Part shown: in pieces, positions 37,270 to 51,705 of the stretch
Numbering within the stretch: the first letter of the stretch is position 1
Layout of the letters: every line of letters begins with the position of its first letter
From: Daphnia carinata
Lineage: Eukaryota
Assembly: GCF_022539665.2 (NCBI RefSeq)
Contig: NC_081333.1
Coordinates: 5,952,001 to 6,016,000, forward strand
DNA: 64,000 nt
Direction: 5' to 3'
Made by a program: the position numbers and the translations under genes
The notes under the pieces: model-generated
Told to the model about the DNA's origin: nothing
Seen by the model: the letters and a program-made list of their open reading frames with translations, nothing else
Database searches by the model: none

Positions 37270-39650
37270 TGCAAGGAAGGGTCTCGAAATGAAACATGTG
37301 CTAATGAAAAATTTAAAAGTTGTATAGCAAAGGAGGCAGGTAATAGGATTGATATAGCAGTAAGGTCATTCTTAAACCAATAATATTGATAATATTTCTC
37401 AAACGTAAAAACTTTGGGTGGATTCTTTGGGCTTGCTTCATTCTACAGGAAGCTTATCCCGGGTTCTGCTGTCATGGCACACCCGTTGCATCGATTTTTT
37501 TTAAAGGCTAGGAGATGGGGCGGGCGGGGTTCGTGGAGTGGTTGTCGACTGCCCCTGTCCTAGCGCACTTCGATGAGCGGGAAGATATTGAGATCCAAAT
37601 AGATACCAGCCTGGTAAGCCTAAGCGCGGTACTGATGCAGCCAGGGGGAAATGGACCACACGTAGCGTTCGTGAGCCGGCGTCTTCCCAGAAGCAAAGGC
37701 TAAGTATCACTTATTGCGGATGTTGCCGGCGTCGGACACAGAACGTGAAAAACAGGTAACGGTGGGGACAAATAGCTGGGGAGATGGAGGTGAAAATACT
37801 TCGAATGATACATGGGACAAGTATATTTGCAAAGACACTTGAAATACAACACAGTTCACTTAGGGTTCGCGAAGGGAAGCCAGTATTATTGCAGAGCTCC
37901 TTCTCGGTAGACGGCGAGGGAACAGACTGCCCGCATGACTGCGAGCACCCCGTCCCCTACCTTTCGGTCTGCCATCTATCGAGGGAAGGTGGAATAAGGA
38001 CACTAAGTGGGGATACATGACAGGACATTGTGACGCTCGTAACACAATCTAGAGCATTACAATGCCTAGCGCTGTCCTGTGCTCTAAAAAAATTACGATG
38101 CTACGTGTATGGCCATCCCTTTTCAGTCCGAAATGATAGTTCGGTCGTTACATGGCTATTGAAGGATTTGACCGAAAAATTTTCACATTGGATTTTGTCC
38201 TTACAGGAATTAGATTTAAGATCCATCCCCTAAAAGCTAGCAAGAATACTGTGGCAGATGTTCTCTCGTGGAATCCAATTGCACCCCGCTCGGGAACTTA
38301 CGAATACACGACAGAACATCACGTTAGTTACGTGTTCACAAGCAATTCATACACATCAAGCGAACTGGCATACCTGCAACAAGCCGATAACCAGTTACGA
38401 CCCTTCTTTGAAACCTTTCTTTCTAATCAGATGACCCTATCTGATTTTTTCTTACATAAGGAAGTCTTATTTAAGCGTAACGAACAACCCTGTAGTAGAA
38501 AGTATTTGCTAGTAGTCCTTCCATTTCGAGGCGAGAAATACTTGCTAATTGTCATGATGATCCAAGAAGTGGGCATGTGTGGGTGCAAAAAACTTTGTCG
38601 CGGGTCTCTGAGCTCTACTGGTGGCCACGGTTGACTGAGTATGTACGAATGTATTTGTTGTCATGCCTGTATTGCCAGTGTTATAAACATGGTGCCAGTC
38701 TTCCCCGAAGACAATTTCAGCCGATTCCGCCCTCACACGTCCGCTGAGACTTTCGGGATCTACCATCCAGGATCGTTCAAAGTTACGTCTTCGGGAAGCC
38801 GACACATTATTGTGGCAATCGCCTATCTCTCCAAATTAATGGCAAGCCACAGCGGTGCCCAACACTTCTGCAGAGCCCGTCGTCAACTTAAGAAAAAACA
38901 AGATCATAAATCGCCATGGATTTCCGAGACGCATGATAAGTGACCAAGGAGCGGCTTTCACTTGCGGGGAAATGGAGTCAGCGATGCAGGCGTAGAGGAC
39001 TAGCCAAGTTTTTTCTACGGACGAACACCCCAAGATGAACGGGCTTGTTGCACATGCAACGCTTACTGCGTTTGACTGGCCAGAAGATAGACAGGGGATA
39101 CATCGCGCCTTCACACGCAGAGTGACCGCTTTGTGGGAAGCAGCAAGGGCGATAGTAAAAACCAAACAGGAGCGAAGAAAACAGCTGGTGAATGCTTGCC
39201 ACCAAGTCGCAATGTTATATCCACCATAGCTCAATGTTGGCGATCTGGTGCTAGCCCGGCGGCAGATAAAGAAAAAGGGCCTAACAAAGAAGCTTTTAGC
39301 AAAGCTAACAAGCCCATTTTAAGTTATGAAACAAGCTGCACCCACAACTTACCTGGTGGAAGATCTCCCTGCCCACAGGAAAAAGATGCGCTTCCGACGC
39401 TTTAACGCACATGTGTTCCAAATATGACGGTTTCGAGCAAGGAGACATGACGACTGGGAAGAGGCAATCGAACACGCGCCGGAAATACCCAACGCAAATA
39501 CAATTCCGGTAGTGCATGATCTTGTGGTAGCACCCACGTTAGAGGAAGAAGACAGGATGCCACCGCAAGCCGGATCACACAGAGAAAGGAATATTAGACC
39601 ACCTCAATGGCATGCGGATTTCTTACGCTTCTACCAAAGTGTATGAATAC
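37270..39650 (+). mobile_element. Gypsy/Ty3 pol remnant (end of RT, RNase H, integrase)
   Basis: TAPVLAHFD...IQIDTS...LSAVLMQ...VAFVSR; CLA...LKKLRCYVYG; HWILSLQE; NTVADVLS; MISDQGAAFT; EHPKMNGL. Heavily frameshifted. Confidence 0.85.
37712..38044 (-). repeat. Solo LTR inserted into the Gypsy RNase H
   Basis: T(A)TTGCGG...GTAACA termini; 4-bp TSD CACT/CAAT; removal restores YHSRALQCLA. Confidence 0.65.
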
Positions 39651-40778
39651 CGGTCCTCGGGTATGGAAGCCCCGTTATCGCTGTTGCGCAGGTTGTTGCT
39701 GTTCCGTTTTTTCTTTAAGTGTTCTTTAGTGTTTGTGTTGATAGCTCTTTAGCACACGTTATGATGCCTTTTTCTGTTGTTTTGTTCCTAGTCAGCCGTG
39801 AGCAAGGAACCGCCCTTATATAATCATCCCCATCGTCCATACAGTTTCCGAATTCCCCTAATATTTGTTTTAGTCAAAGGAGAGGGAAGGGAAACTAAAA
39901 GCACTCACTTCCAATACCGACCGATGTCTCGATGTCTCAGCATATCTCATTAACGACAAGAGGCGTGGGAGAGGTGCAATTCCCTCCGTGAGCTCAGTGA
40001 GAGAGCACACGCACGCTTTGTTCTTTAAAAAATAGCTCTAAAGTCTTTTTGGCTACTCCCTGTGTAAAGTGTTTTCCTCGCATGTTTCGTATTTGTCCAG
40101 ATAGCTCATAATACGAGGAAGTTATATTATAAGGTTCTGTATTTATTGATCTGTTGTTGTATCGACAGCCCACAGGCTCTAACACTTGTAGGAAATAGTG
40201 TAATTCCCCCGGTTGTGCGACTTTTTGATAAACGTTTCCTGGAGTTGTTTCGACTTTTAGAGCGATTTTCACGAGATCTTGAACGAAATCGGCTGCTTGA
40301 GGAGCGAAGACTCGTGAACTATTTTATGCGACTTCGAATGAAACCGAATTTTTGACGACCACTTATTCCATTTGCCGATATGCAGAACTAGATCTACTAG
40401 AAAGTTTCCTTGACGACATGGTACTTTTCGAGCGGTGAGACCGAGAAAGTACCAGAGAGAAAGTTCTAGGTGTGGCGAACTTGATGAAAAGTAAATTGTT
40501 TCCGCATTTGTGGGACAGTATTCTTCTTCTGCGACTAAGGATTTTCTGGCGTAATATGACTTGATGGGATAACCGGAAATCGGTTTTCGTCAAAGCTAGA
40601 AAAAAAATATTAATTAGTTTAATAAAAAACTATCAAAACCAATTTCATTACCGGTTGTTGACTTTATACGAAAACAGGCTTGCTCCAGAAACATCTATTT
40701 CCCAGTCGGTACGTTCTATAATGTTCCTTTACTCGTCCAATAATGTTTTGCTGCATGGGCAACCATTTTGGGAAATAT

Positions 40779-40952
40779 GATTGCCGGAGAAGTAGGACCT
40801 GGAGAAATGGGACCCGGAGATTTAGGACCCCTAAATAGGAACTTGAAAAATAGGATCCGGAGAATTAGGACCATATTTTCAAACCTTTTTTACGGGTCCT
40901 ATTTCTCCATTACGTAGGTCCTATTTCCCCATCATGAGGATCAACTTTCTCC
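40779..40952. repeat. MULE-like terminus/MITE related to the GGAGAAATAGGAC family
   Basis: GATTGCCGGAGAAGTAGGACC with repeats GGAGAAATGGGACC, followed by inverted GGTCCTATTTCTCC. Confidence 0.6.
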
Positions 40953-42050
40953 AACACAATAGTGATATAATTATAAGAGAGCCTAACGGCTTATGTGGGT
41001 TTCTGCACTAGAAACAGTGCTATAAATAGCAGGTGTAATTACTCGATAATACCTTTTTTGTTTTCGTTAATATTCCTAATATTTTTGCATCATTATATGT
41101 TTTATCTGTTGCTTTTTACAGCCTCTTATTTTGCGGGTAAGTAAGTTAGTTTACACAGTATTTGGATTTTTGCACTTGTCATTTTCTTACTGGTGTTTTC
41201 AGGCGTAGCATCATCCTCCCTTTACTGATGTGTTTATTCACTTTTTTTACTTTTTTCTTCGTGCCTCTATGGGGGTTCCGGGAGGGCGTTGAAGTGCCCC
41301 TTAATAGATTGATAAATAAGAATATTATTATATAAGTGAATTTAAGAAACCTAAGTTTAATAATATAAAAACACTAGTTGCGTTTGCGCAAAATATTGTT
41401 TCTTACGATGTATATAGCAACGTTGTACTGCAAGCAGAAGAGTGTTACAACCTCCTACTATCTATGAATTGTTAAATTTGTTTGCTGTAAGCGGTGTTTG
41501 TTTGACAGAGGTAAATGACTAGTTTCAGTAAAATTAGAACTTTTTTATTTCCTAGGTTTGGCAGTCTAGTACCGTTTAAAGTCATGTTAGAATTACCACC
41601 ACAGAAGAAAAAATTTTACTTAGAAGAAAGAGTATTTAAAGTGTAGGCAAAATTGTATTTAATGCAGTTGGAAATTTGACATAGAATACCAATCCTAAAT
41701 GCTTCTTAGGTGCTTACTTTCAAGGAAAATCATGAAACTACAGCATCACTTATCATGAACCATTTTGGAGCCAACTTATTGTTAGCTTCCTTATAACTAT
41801 CATCCTTCTGGTAATCTAGAATTTCACAGGTTCTTTGTTCGTGAAATTTAGGTAATCATTATTCTTATCGTTCAGATGAAGTGACTGCATTACAGCTGTT
41901 AGAGTTATACATCAAGACATTTATCTCAAGACAGAAGCACTCATCTGTAACAGAATTCAAAATACATAAACTTACAGGAACACCAATGTTCCAACTCGTT
42001 GTTTCTACATTTCAAAAACTCAATAGTAGCATGGCTGGTGTTGACCACAA

Positions 42051-42961
42051 GATTGGCGGTGAAATAGGACTGAAACGAAATAGGACTGGAGAAATAGGAC
42101 TGGAAATTTTCAATCTAATTTCTACCGGAGAAATAGGACTGGGAGAAATAGGAATGACTTTTAAAAACTTTTAGGGCAGTCCTATTTCTCCATGGCATCA
42201 GTCCTAATTCTCCTAGGGCATCAGTCCTATTTCTCCTTAGAAATAGTTCTATTTCATTTACCTTGTTCCAAGGTAAACGATGAGCCCACAATTCGGTAGG
42301 CAATGTATTCCGTAAGAGCGCCGGCTTATATCCATTTCTCTTTATCAAAAACCGATGGCGTTTACTCATTATTTAAATGGTTCACAAATGTTTTATCTTT
42401 TATCCTATTTTTATTTTAATTGCCGGGGAACATGAATTATTTTGAATCTAATAGAGTTCATTTAATAAAATATTATTAGAGCAAAATCAGAATATGTAAG
42501 AGCTGTATATAACGAAAGATGTATGAAATAGTAAAACATTAGTTCAATTGGAAAAGTTGGTTATGACCACATAATGCGCGATATAAGTAATAAATATTTC
42601 TGTAGTATGTCTAATAGTAGTTTGCTAAATGAACTCTATTAAATACAATATAGTTCATGTTCTCCTGTAACTTAAATTAAAATAGGAAAAGAAAAAAAAG
42701 TTTTGTGAACCATTTATCTAATGAGTTAACACCATCGGTTTTTTAAAAAGAGAAATGGATAGAAGCCGCCGCTCCCACGTAAAACATTGCGTACCGGATT
42801 GGAGGCTCATCGTTCCACGTGGAACAAGGTAAATCAAATAGAAGTATTTCTAAGGAGAAATAGGACTGTCCTAAAAGTTTTTAAAAGTCAGTCCTATTTC
42901 TCCCAGTCCTATTTCTCCGGTAGAAATAGGACTGGAAATTTTCAGTCCTATTTCTCCAGTC
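42051..42961. mobile_element. Non-autonomous MULE derivative (two long inverted arms, right tip lost)
   Basis: Starts GATTGGCGGTGAAATAGGACTG; ~42550-42960 resembles 10135-10555 and is inverted relative to ~42080-42500. Confidence 0.85.
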
Positions 42962-43169
42962 CACGAATTTCTCACGAATATTAATAGAAAGTTATAGGCT
43001 ATAACGTGATAGGGCGCAAGTTAGACCTCATTTTCGTAGAACAGAGTTTCCTTCGTTCTTTTGGTTTTTTGGAGATGGACATTTTTATTGAATTCAATAT
43101 CGTAAGACACACAAAATGAGGAAGCACATTTTTACTGACTCATAAATAAAGGTCTTTCCTTGTCGACAA

Positions 43170-43720
43170 TAATTAAAATTAATTTGTCATTATTAATAGC
43201 TTTGTTAACGTCAAGTGCAAAGCTTCCTTAAATTTCAGTGTAGTATGCGATGTGTAATTAGGTAACCAATGGCTCCTTGGAAATGGGCCTAAGGTGAAAA
43301 TAAGACACGAAGGACGTCAAAAATCATTTATAAAGGTGAGTTCTTGCCAGAGATGTAGGAGGTCCTCTCGCAGTAAAGGTGAGGTTATTTGTTCCTCTTT
43401 AACAAAAGCCATGCATTGAAGTTTTACATGGATGTTCCTACGCAAATTGCACATTACAGTTTTGCTTAAACTATTTATTGCTTTAGTGAAAAGCGCTCCT
43501 ATCCTACTTAACAGTCAGCAGTCACCGCCTGGCATAGTTATAGCAGTAGGTTATGATTTTAATATGTTTATTGGGCTCCTTGTAACTGTGAAAAGAATGA
43601 AAATGTGATAAAGAAATAAAGCGAAGTTAAATCGACTGAATTACAGTAGTCATTTTGTCTCCTTGCTTTAGACGATATTTAGTTTAAGATTGTAGGCCTA
43701 ATATTATTCCCATAAACATA
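43170..43720 (+). repeat. Third copy of the SURF6-like 3' flank
   Basis: TAGCTTTGTTAACG(T/G)CAAGTGCAAAGCTTCC...AGCAGTCACCGCCTGGCATAGTTATAG colinear with ~56063-56640. Confidence 0.8.
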
Positions 43721-45113
43721 TTTATGTAAAAAGTAAAATGTATGTAAAGTATTTTGCCTTTTCTGTGTCAGTAAAGATAGGGCTAAAAGCATACCAAACA
43801 ACGAACCAGCGGTCTTTATTTATGGTTTTGCAGCAAATTGATTTTTTTCATTTCAAAATGTACCTGTATTAAATTATATTTATATAATAATTTTCTTATT
43901 AATCAGTGTTTACCCAAGTACTGTGCCACTTCTTCATCAGGTAACAATCGTCGGCACTCAGATACATTTCCAATAAACATTTAGCCCCAGTACTTCGAAG
44001 CACAAACGCAGCTTTATCCACGGCATGCTCAACAATGCAAATTGCCATACAAAGAATAAGTATATTTTTAATGAGCTTTGATACAAGATGTAGACAAAAA
44101 TCTAATATTACAGCTCGCCTGCAACATTTTGATAGGTTGGTTGGCAGATTTGTTTCCGTTGAATATCAAGGTTGTAACCGCAATTAATATTTTTTTACAT
44201 ATCTTATTTACAGTTATAGGAATAAATATATAATATATAATATTATCCAGACAGTAAATTTCTCTCTAGACATGATTAGTCCTAGGCTTTGGGATTGTGT
44301 GTACTGCGTTAAAAAGATCCAGGAATGGGTTGATAGGCGACCAAATTTGGTTTTTAATACCGCGAAAGCAGGAGATAAAAGTGGGATTTTGTACGTCTTT
44401 TGTGCAGTGATCGGGTAGCGTATGAGCTTAATGGCGGCTTATTATTGAGCCAAAATACGTCTTTTTGCGGCGGTTGTGGTGCCAAACAGGGCTTATTACA
44501 GGACCGTAATTGACAGCTTGCTATTGGATAGGTATTTTATCATAACGTCCCTTGCCAAACCAAAATAGATATACAATCGAAATTAAAAACGGAAATTTTG
44601 TTTATTTTTGTTTGTAACGAACCGAATTATTGCTGTGCGGAACACAATAGCGGAACGCAGAGGGAACGAAAATGGAAGTGGTTTCCTTTTTCGGATGTCG
44701 TAAGTTCACTCGTTGCAGACTTAGATGAAATAGCTAGCGCTATATTATGAAGTGCAGCTTGCATTTTTCTTCTTTTTTGCCTACGGCCAAAGACACTTGC
44801 ACTATTAGTGGTCGTTTCAATTCACTTGCGAGGAATAAAAAAAATGTTTTTGAAAAACTTACATCAATAAACAGGCTTTGCGAGGCGGGTGCGGTGCAAT
44901 GAATGAGAGATTATAAGTATGTCTATTTTTTATAAAAAGTGGAGTCGAGTTCGAGCTTGCAAATACGGAGAAACTCATTAAAAAAGGGGTTTCATTCCGT
45001 ATGTATTTTAGTTAAAAACTATAAATTTGGCCGAATAAAAGAAGCGTTTTTCGCAACATTTCAAATTGCGTAAGGTCGTGAAAAATTCCTAGTTTGGGGC
45101 TGATAAAAAGGGT

Positions 45114-48100
45114 TGTTAAGTTAGAACGGTAAATTGTTTCATTGATATTTCTGAATTGCCAGAGACGCGAAAGGCCTTGAAGGTGCGGCGGAAAAACCGA
45201 ACATTGAACATACTAACGTAAAACATAAAAAGGCGACATTCATCTCTCATCTTCATTCATCCATCCATTTCATCACCCTCATTCTGTCTCTGTTACAAGC
45301 TCTTTGCACGAGAGTCTGTAATAAATGGTGCCGAAACCCGGGATTTGACGAACACGTGCATTTTCCGTCCTCATCTGTAAAAACCCTCGCTTGATTTGTA
45401 AATTGTCGGGTATTCTCCCTGTAAAACTTTGGCAGACGTCCACGCCAGCCTGAAGGCACCCCTCTGTCTACCACGCGTTTGCCACCGGACTTGAAGATTG
45501 GTGTATCTACGTGAATCATCGACATCCGTTAACGTGTGACTCTATCAGCCTATAATAACGTTTCTACGTCACGAGTGAAGCCGTACCCAAAGCCGAAAAT
45601 ATGGACATAGACGGCCATAACCCAATGGTAGACGTATCGAAAGCTGAACGGCAGAAGAGTGAAAGGCCACTCCTTCCCGAAACGATCTCAAGAAGAAAGG
45701 TGGGAAGAGAACGGCGGCCTACACGAAGCTAACGGCACAACCTAGAAAGGCAGTGGAAGACAACAAGAAAGAAGCTATCAGATTAAAGAAGCTGCAAGTA
45801 ACAGCATGGCGTGACGAATTGATTCGTATATATGACGAAGTCAAAGCCATTCACAACCAATATACAGAAAGTATATCCGGCCTCACTGAGCAGCAACGTC
45901 AAGCATGTGACAAGTGGGAAGTAGACTTCGAAACCGATCATGTTGAAATTATCAAATTGGCTACGTCACTTCTTCGAATCCATCCGTCAGCTCGATTGGG
46001 ACATCAGCTTCGGACATCACATGCAGTATCACGTGATCCGAAAAAAAGCGTACCAACGTTAAACCAGCCAGCCTTCTCCAACAATGAATCCAAGGGGAGT
46101 CGGAGACTGAAGCACAGATGCTGAAGCTGGAATTGAAGTTGGAAACGGCAAGGGCTCAGACGGAAGCAAACACAACCTCCATTACATAAAACCTCAATAA
46201 GGTGTTAAGGAGCATTAGTGAACAGCTGAGTAAACTCATTGATAGCCCAAGAGTCACGTCCAAAGATATCGCGGCCAACAACACGTTAGTCAGAGAAGCA
46301 CACCAAACGTTCGACGGGTTAGATCAGAAAATTGATGCAGTCAAGGTGGAGTTAAACGCCTAAATCGAAGAGCTTCGAACGGAAGTAGACTTGATGAAAG
46401 TTCAACCACGAACGATTCAAGATGATGTGACCTCCCGAGCAATCACAAGTCTTACCAACTCGTCAAGACGTTTCCACCCTGTCACCCCTCCGAACGATGG
46501 AAGATGCAGTCCGACATCGCAGAAGATTGGTCGCCGCTGATGCATCTCTACGAGACCCGCGGCGAGGGGCGATGGCCACGATGACGTCCAGTTGCGACCC
46601 TACGGATCACGACGAAGATGACCGCTCTGAACGTTCACACACCCACAGTCAAGTTAATCGTCCTCACAGCAGCTGCTGCAGTCGCCTACAACCTCCAAAC
46701 TTCAAGATCCAGCCGTTTGACGGTAACCCGAAGAATCAAGCGCGATTCAAGGCCAAATTCCAGGCCTTGTATGTAGAGACCGAAGATTCTCCGGTACTTC
46801 TTTTTATGTTGGAGGAGCTGCTAGCCGAAGAGGTACGAAATGAAATCGGTGAATGTCTTACCGACGGAACAATGTACTCCGTGGTGTGGGAACGTTTAGA
46901 CGTGGTCTACGGTCGTACTGAGATCATGGATCAGACGTACCTCGACGACCTTTTACAGGTCCCGCCACTGAAGAGCTTAGATGCTGCCACCCTCAAAACT
47001 TTCGCAAACCGCTTTCACGGAGCTGTAGCCACGCTCTCAAAATCGAAGTACACCCATGAGCTGTACAGCCGTACCACGTTGATGGCCCTTGAAGCAAAAT
47101 TGACGCCGTACCTCAAGGATAAGTGGAATGAAAAACGGAAAAAGACAGGCGTAGAACTGAATGTTCTAGACCAAGAGGACTGGGTAACGTTGAAATCCAT
47201 GAGCAAACAACATGGAAAAAATGTATTCGAGTCTTTACCCACGTCGACGTCCAAAGATGTAAAGTTCGACGAAAGGAAGCACGTCAAGAGACCCAGCTTT
47301 CCACACATGTCGACAATTGGACACGTATCGACGATGGAAGGTTCGAGATCATCGGCGTTATCATCTTCAGCAACAATGTCTCCAAGGAGCCGATCAACAT
47401 CGGGGTAGATACAAGCCGAGAAGGTGGAACGGTGGAGGTGCCTTGTCTGTAACGGCAGGGCCAACAATCTCTCAACCTGTACCGCTTTCATGTGTCTCAC
47501 GCCCACGAATAGGGCTGAGAAGGTATTAAAGTCCCGAAGATGTTTGTTATGTCTTACGGGAAAACACGAACGCAAGGAGTGTCCCAGGGACATCAGCTGT
47601 ACTATTGCTGGGTGTACTGGAACCCGACACCACACCTTGCTTCATGGATCCGAATTCATCCCATTGAGAAGGCTAGCGGATCAACCTGCCCCATCAGCGT
47701 CACCATCGACAGCATTCCTTGGGACTTTGACCCATCTGGAAACAGTAAAACGCCGTGTACATTTCAAGATTGTACCGGTTCGTGTTGGAGCTGGTGAAAC
47801 ATTGGTCGACACTTTCGGTTTCCTGGATACCGGAAGTGACACCACGCTGATAAGGGGCGACTTAGTAAAGAAGTTGGGACTCGTTGTGCCGTCAACGTTC
47901 TCTCGTATGACAGAGCCCCGTCTAACGTTACGGCTTCCGTAGTAAACTTCGCCTTAACATCTCGTGATGGTCAAAGCCAGTTTGAAGTCAAACACGCTTA
48001 CGCCGTCTACAATTTGAAGGTGACGCCGAATACGCCGATCGACCCTCGACAGTTGGAGTCATGGATACACCTACGTGGTATTGACGTCCCGACCGTTCAA

Positions 48101-51100
48101 CAAGAGGACGTGACCGTGCTGATAAGAATCGACGTCGCAGAGGCCCATGATCATGTAGCTTCCATCAAGCCGTCGGCTGGAACGACTGGGGCCATCGCCT
48201 TCAAGACGCCGTTTGGCTGTTGTTTGGGCAGACAAACGGGCCCGCCACAAGACGGACGCCCGTTCATCGCTCATCTGGCCACTGAGGATTGTCCCGAAGA
48301 CCTAAACGAGCTGGTGAAGAAATTCTTCCAACTTGAGGCCAACGACGTAGACATAGAACCGCCTGTTCTATCTGAGGACGATCTACGGGGAAAACGTATC
48401 CTCAAATCTTCCGTAAAACGTATTGGTAACAATTATCAAGTCGGCTTAATGTGGAAAGCCGACGACGTAAACCTCCATTACAATCGGGCATCTGCATTGA
48501 AGAGGCTTTACGCTCTCGAACGACGTTTTCATCGAGACGCTGAGTTTGCCCAAAGGTACGATGCAGTAGTCAAGGAGTACATCGGTTTGAAACATGCCCG
48601 ACTCCTCACTACCCAAGAAGTCCGAACGGAGACGAACAAGACGTGGTATCTACCACACCACGGGGTCGTGAGTACATCCAGCTCATCGACCAAAGTTCGT
48701 GTTGTATTCGATGGAGCTGCCGAGTTCGGTGGCACATCGATAAACCAAAATCTGATTCGGGGACCTAACTTACTCGTTAGCTTGATCGGTGTGCTCATCC
48801 GCTTCCGCCGTAACCTCGTACCAGTCGGAGCGGACATCGAGAAAATGTTTCACCAAGTGAAAGTTCCCCAAGAAGACAAAACGGCATTCCGATTTATCTA
48901 CCGGACGCCTGGCAGTATTGCAGCCCCGTTAACGTACCAGATGACCGTCCACGTATTTGGAGCAATATCATCTCCGACGAGCCGCATGTTCGCCCTCAAC
49001 AGAACGGCCGATGACTACCGCAACCAGTTACACAGATGTAGCTGATAGACTTCGACGGAATTTTTACGTCTACAATTACCTCGACTCCTTCGACACTGAA
49101 GACGAGGCAGTCAAACGATCCCGCGAAATGAAATCCCTGCTTCAGTTAAGCGGGGATAACTTGACCAAATGGACGTCATCGTCGAGGAAGGTGATCGAGA
49201 TATGCTGACGTTCAAGATTCGGAAGTCGTTGAACGATGAGACCCTCCCTAATCGAGACTTCCTAAGCATCATCTCTAGTGTCTACGACCCGCTGGGACTT
49301 GTCGCACCCGTTATCTTCATAACGAAGTCCGTACTTCAAGACATTTGGACAAACGAAGAACGAATTGGTTGGTACGACGTTCTGCCTGAAACATTGAGCC
49401 AACGTTTCTATAGCTGGTATGATCACCTTGAAAATTTGGAGTCTCTTTCGGTTCCGAGATGATTCCGTTTCAAACGAGGACGTTGGACTCAACAGCACCT
49501 CCACGTCTTCATGGATGCAAGCTCCAAAGGGTACGGAGCAGTAGCCTATTTCCGCACTGTATTCGAAGATCAGTATATCAACGTGTCTTTCGTTATGTCG
49601 AAAACACACGTCACGCCGGTGAAAGGGCTCACTATTCCACTTTTAGAGCTACAAGCTGCAGTAGAAGGCCTCAACATCGCCCTCACGATTTGTCGTGAAC
49701 TGGAAATCGATTTCCACACGGACTCACAAACGGTGTTGCGGTGGATCCATTCCAAAACCTGTCGATTTGAAGTCTTCGTCAACAACCGCATCGGAAAAAT
49801 ACTCCGGAACACGGGTCGTCAACAATGGCGCCATGTTGCTGGAGACTCAAACCCAGTGGACCTCTGCAAGGACGTCAACGAGTTGGTCCACTTTCACAGA
49901 GGACCTCCGTTCCTGAACCTAGACCCCTCAGAATGGTACACTTGGGAAGAGATTACGGAGCCGGAAGAACGAGACGTAAATGTGATTCGTGTCCTGGCAG
50001 TCAAAACGGAAGAGGAAAATCATGTCATTGATCGATGTGTCGCACGTTTTTCCAGTCTTTTAAAACTTAAACGAGTGCTGGCCTGGAGTAAAAGATTTGC
50101 CAACAACGCCAGAGCAAAACTAGTGGGGAAAAACCCATAGTCGGAGAGTTAACGGTAGAAGAAATGGTAGCATCACTGACACTGTCCATCATACGCGCGC
50201 AAGAATTGGCCTTTGCTGAAGAATTCTGCGCCCTTCGCAAGAATCTGGAATTGCCACTCAGATCAAAGCTTCGCACCTTCAAGCCCTTCTTGGATGAAGT
50301 GGGACAGCTGCGAATAGGCGGACGTATACTTCAAGCGCCAATATACTATGCAGCTAAACACCCTATACTCCTGCCGGCTACTCAACCTTTAACAAAAAGG
50401 ATAATCTGGGATCATCACGTTAGACACGTGCATGTCAAGACCGAAAGATTGCTGACGAACTTACGTTCACGCTTTTGGATACTCTCTGGACGCAAAGTAG
50501 TAAAATCTGTTATCAACAGCTGCTGGCCTTGGAAGCGCACGTCGGCGAAACCTAGATGCCGTTGATGGCTTCCCTACCAGTACATCGTTTAACGCCTCAT
50601 CTGCCCGCGTTCACGTACACAAGGATCGACTACTTTGGTCCCTTGACCGTACGAGTTGGTGGAAGGGGAAGAAGACATGAAAAACGTTGGGTTAGCCTTT
50701 TCACGTGCTTGACGACACCATCAGTTCACCTGGAGGTAGCCAACGGACTTAGTATGGAGGAGTTCTTACTCTGTTTCTGTCGTTTTGTAAGCCTACGCGG
50801 AAAAACGAAGGTCGCTTACAGCGACAATGGGACAAATTTTGTCGCCGCCGAGCAGGAGTTGCGACAGGCTTTGGAAGAGCTCGTTGTTAAACACGAAGAT
50901 CTTCAGAAGGTGATGGATTGCCAACAAATAGATTGGCATTTTTCTCCACCCCATGGACCGCACTTCGGTGGTGTTTGGGAAAGGATCGTACAGTACTGCA
51001 AACGGGCAATGAAAACCAGTATAGGTAATTGCCTAGTCATGGACCAAGTATTACGGACCGTCATTGTTGAAGTAGCAGCGCTGTTAAATGCTCGGCCGTT

Positions 51101-51257
51101 AACTCACTTAAGCATGGATCCGGAAGATACGGATCCTTTAACTCCCAACAACTTCCTATATTGTGGGGCTCGGCCGTACTTGCCCCTCCAGTTGGCCGAT
51201 GTGGAAGATATTAACATTACTAACAAGCAGCTTCTGCAAAGCCAAGCCATCCTCTAA
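45114..51257 (+). mobile_element. Second BEL/Pao retrotransposon (5' LTR, gag-pol, 3' end truncated)
   Basis: Putative LTR ~45114-45323 (start uncertain); gag IQPFDGNP region and C/H knuckles; FLDTGS; YLPHHGV...VRVVFDG; DIEKMFHQV; FMDASS; IDYFGP; YSDNGTNF; PHFGGVWER. Stops/frameshifts; no 3' LTR. Confidence 0.93.
45326..45343 (+). promoter_or_regulatory. Primer-binding site complementary to the tRNA-Phe 3' end
   Basis: TGGTGCCGAAACCCGGGA directly after the putative LTR. Confidence 0.85.
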
Positions 51258-51263
51258 AACTGA

Positions 51264-51705
51264 CAGACTTGCCGTCCGATTATTTCTTGAGCGGTTATCG
51301 GTAGCCGTCGATATTCGCAAAAAAATGATCGGCGATCATTCGTCTGTTGAAAAAATTTGATCGGCGATTAAATTTCTTAGTGTTTGTTTTTCCGATTATT
51401 TTTTACCGCCATCTAGCAGTAAGAAAAGAACTTGCCATTGTTTAAATTGAAAAAATTGAAACAAGTGAAAATTAAAAAAAAAGCGTCTGCTACAAAAATG
51501 ACAAAGCTATGAGTAGACTTTCATATAGTCTCATCTACCGTTCATAGATGTCGCTAAATAATCGAAAAATAATCGCGATTAAAAATTAATTTTTTTCCAC
51601 TTTAATCGCCGATTTCGATTATTTTAAAATAATTGGATCGCCGATTAAAATTTTAATCGAAATCGCAATCGCGATTTATTTTCAATCGCGATTACGGCAG
51701 GTCTG
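51264..51705. mobile_element. hAT-type MITE
   Basis: TIRs CAGACTTGCCGT / ACGGCAGGTCTG; homologous to 12692-13042. Confidence 0.8.
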
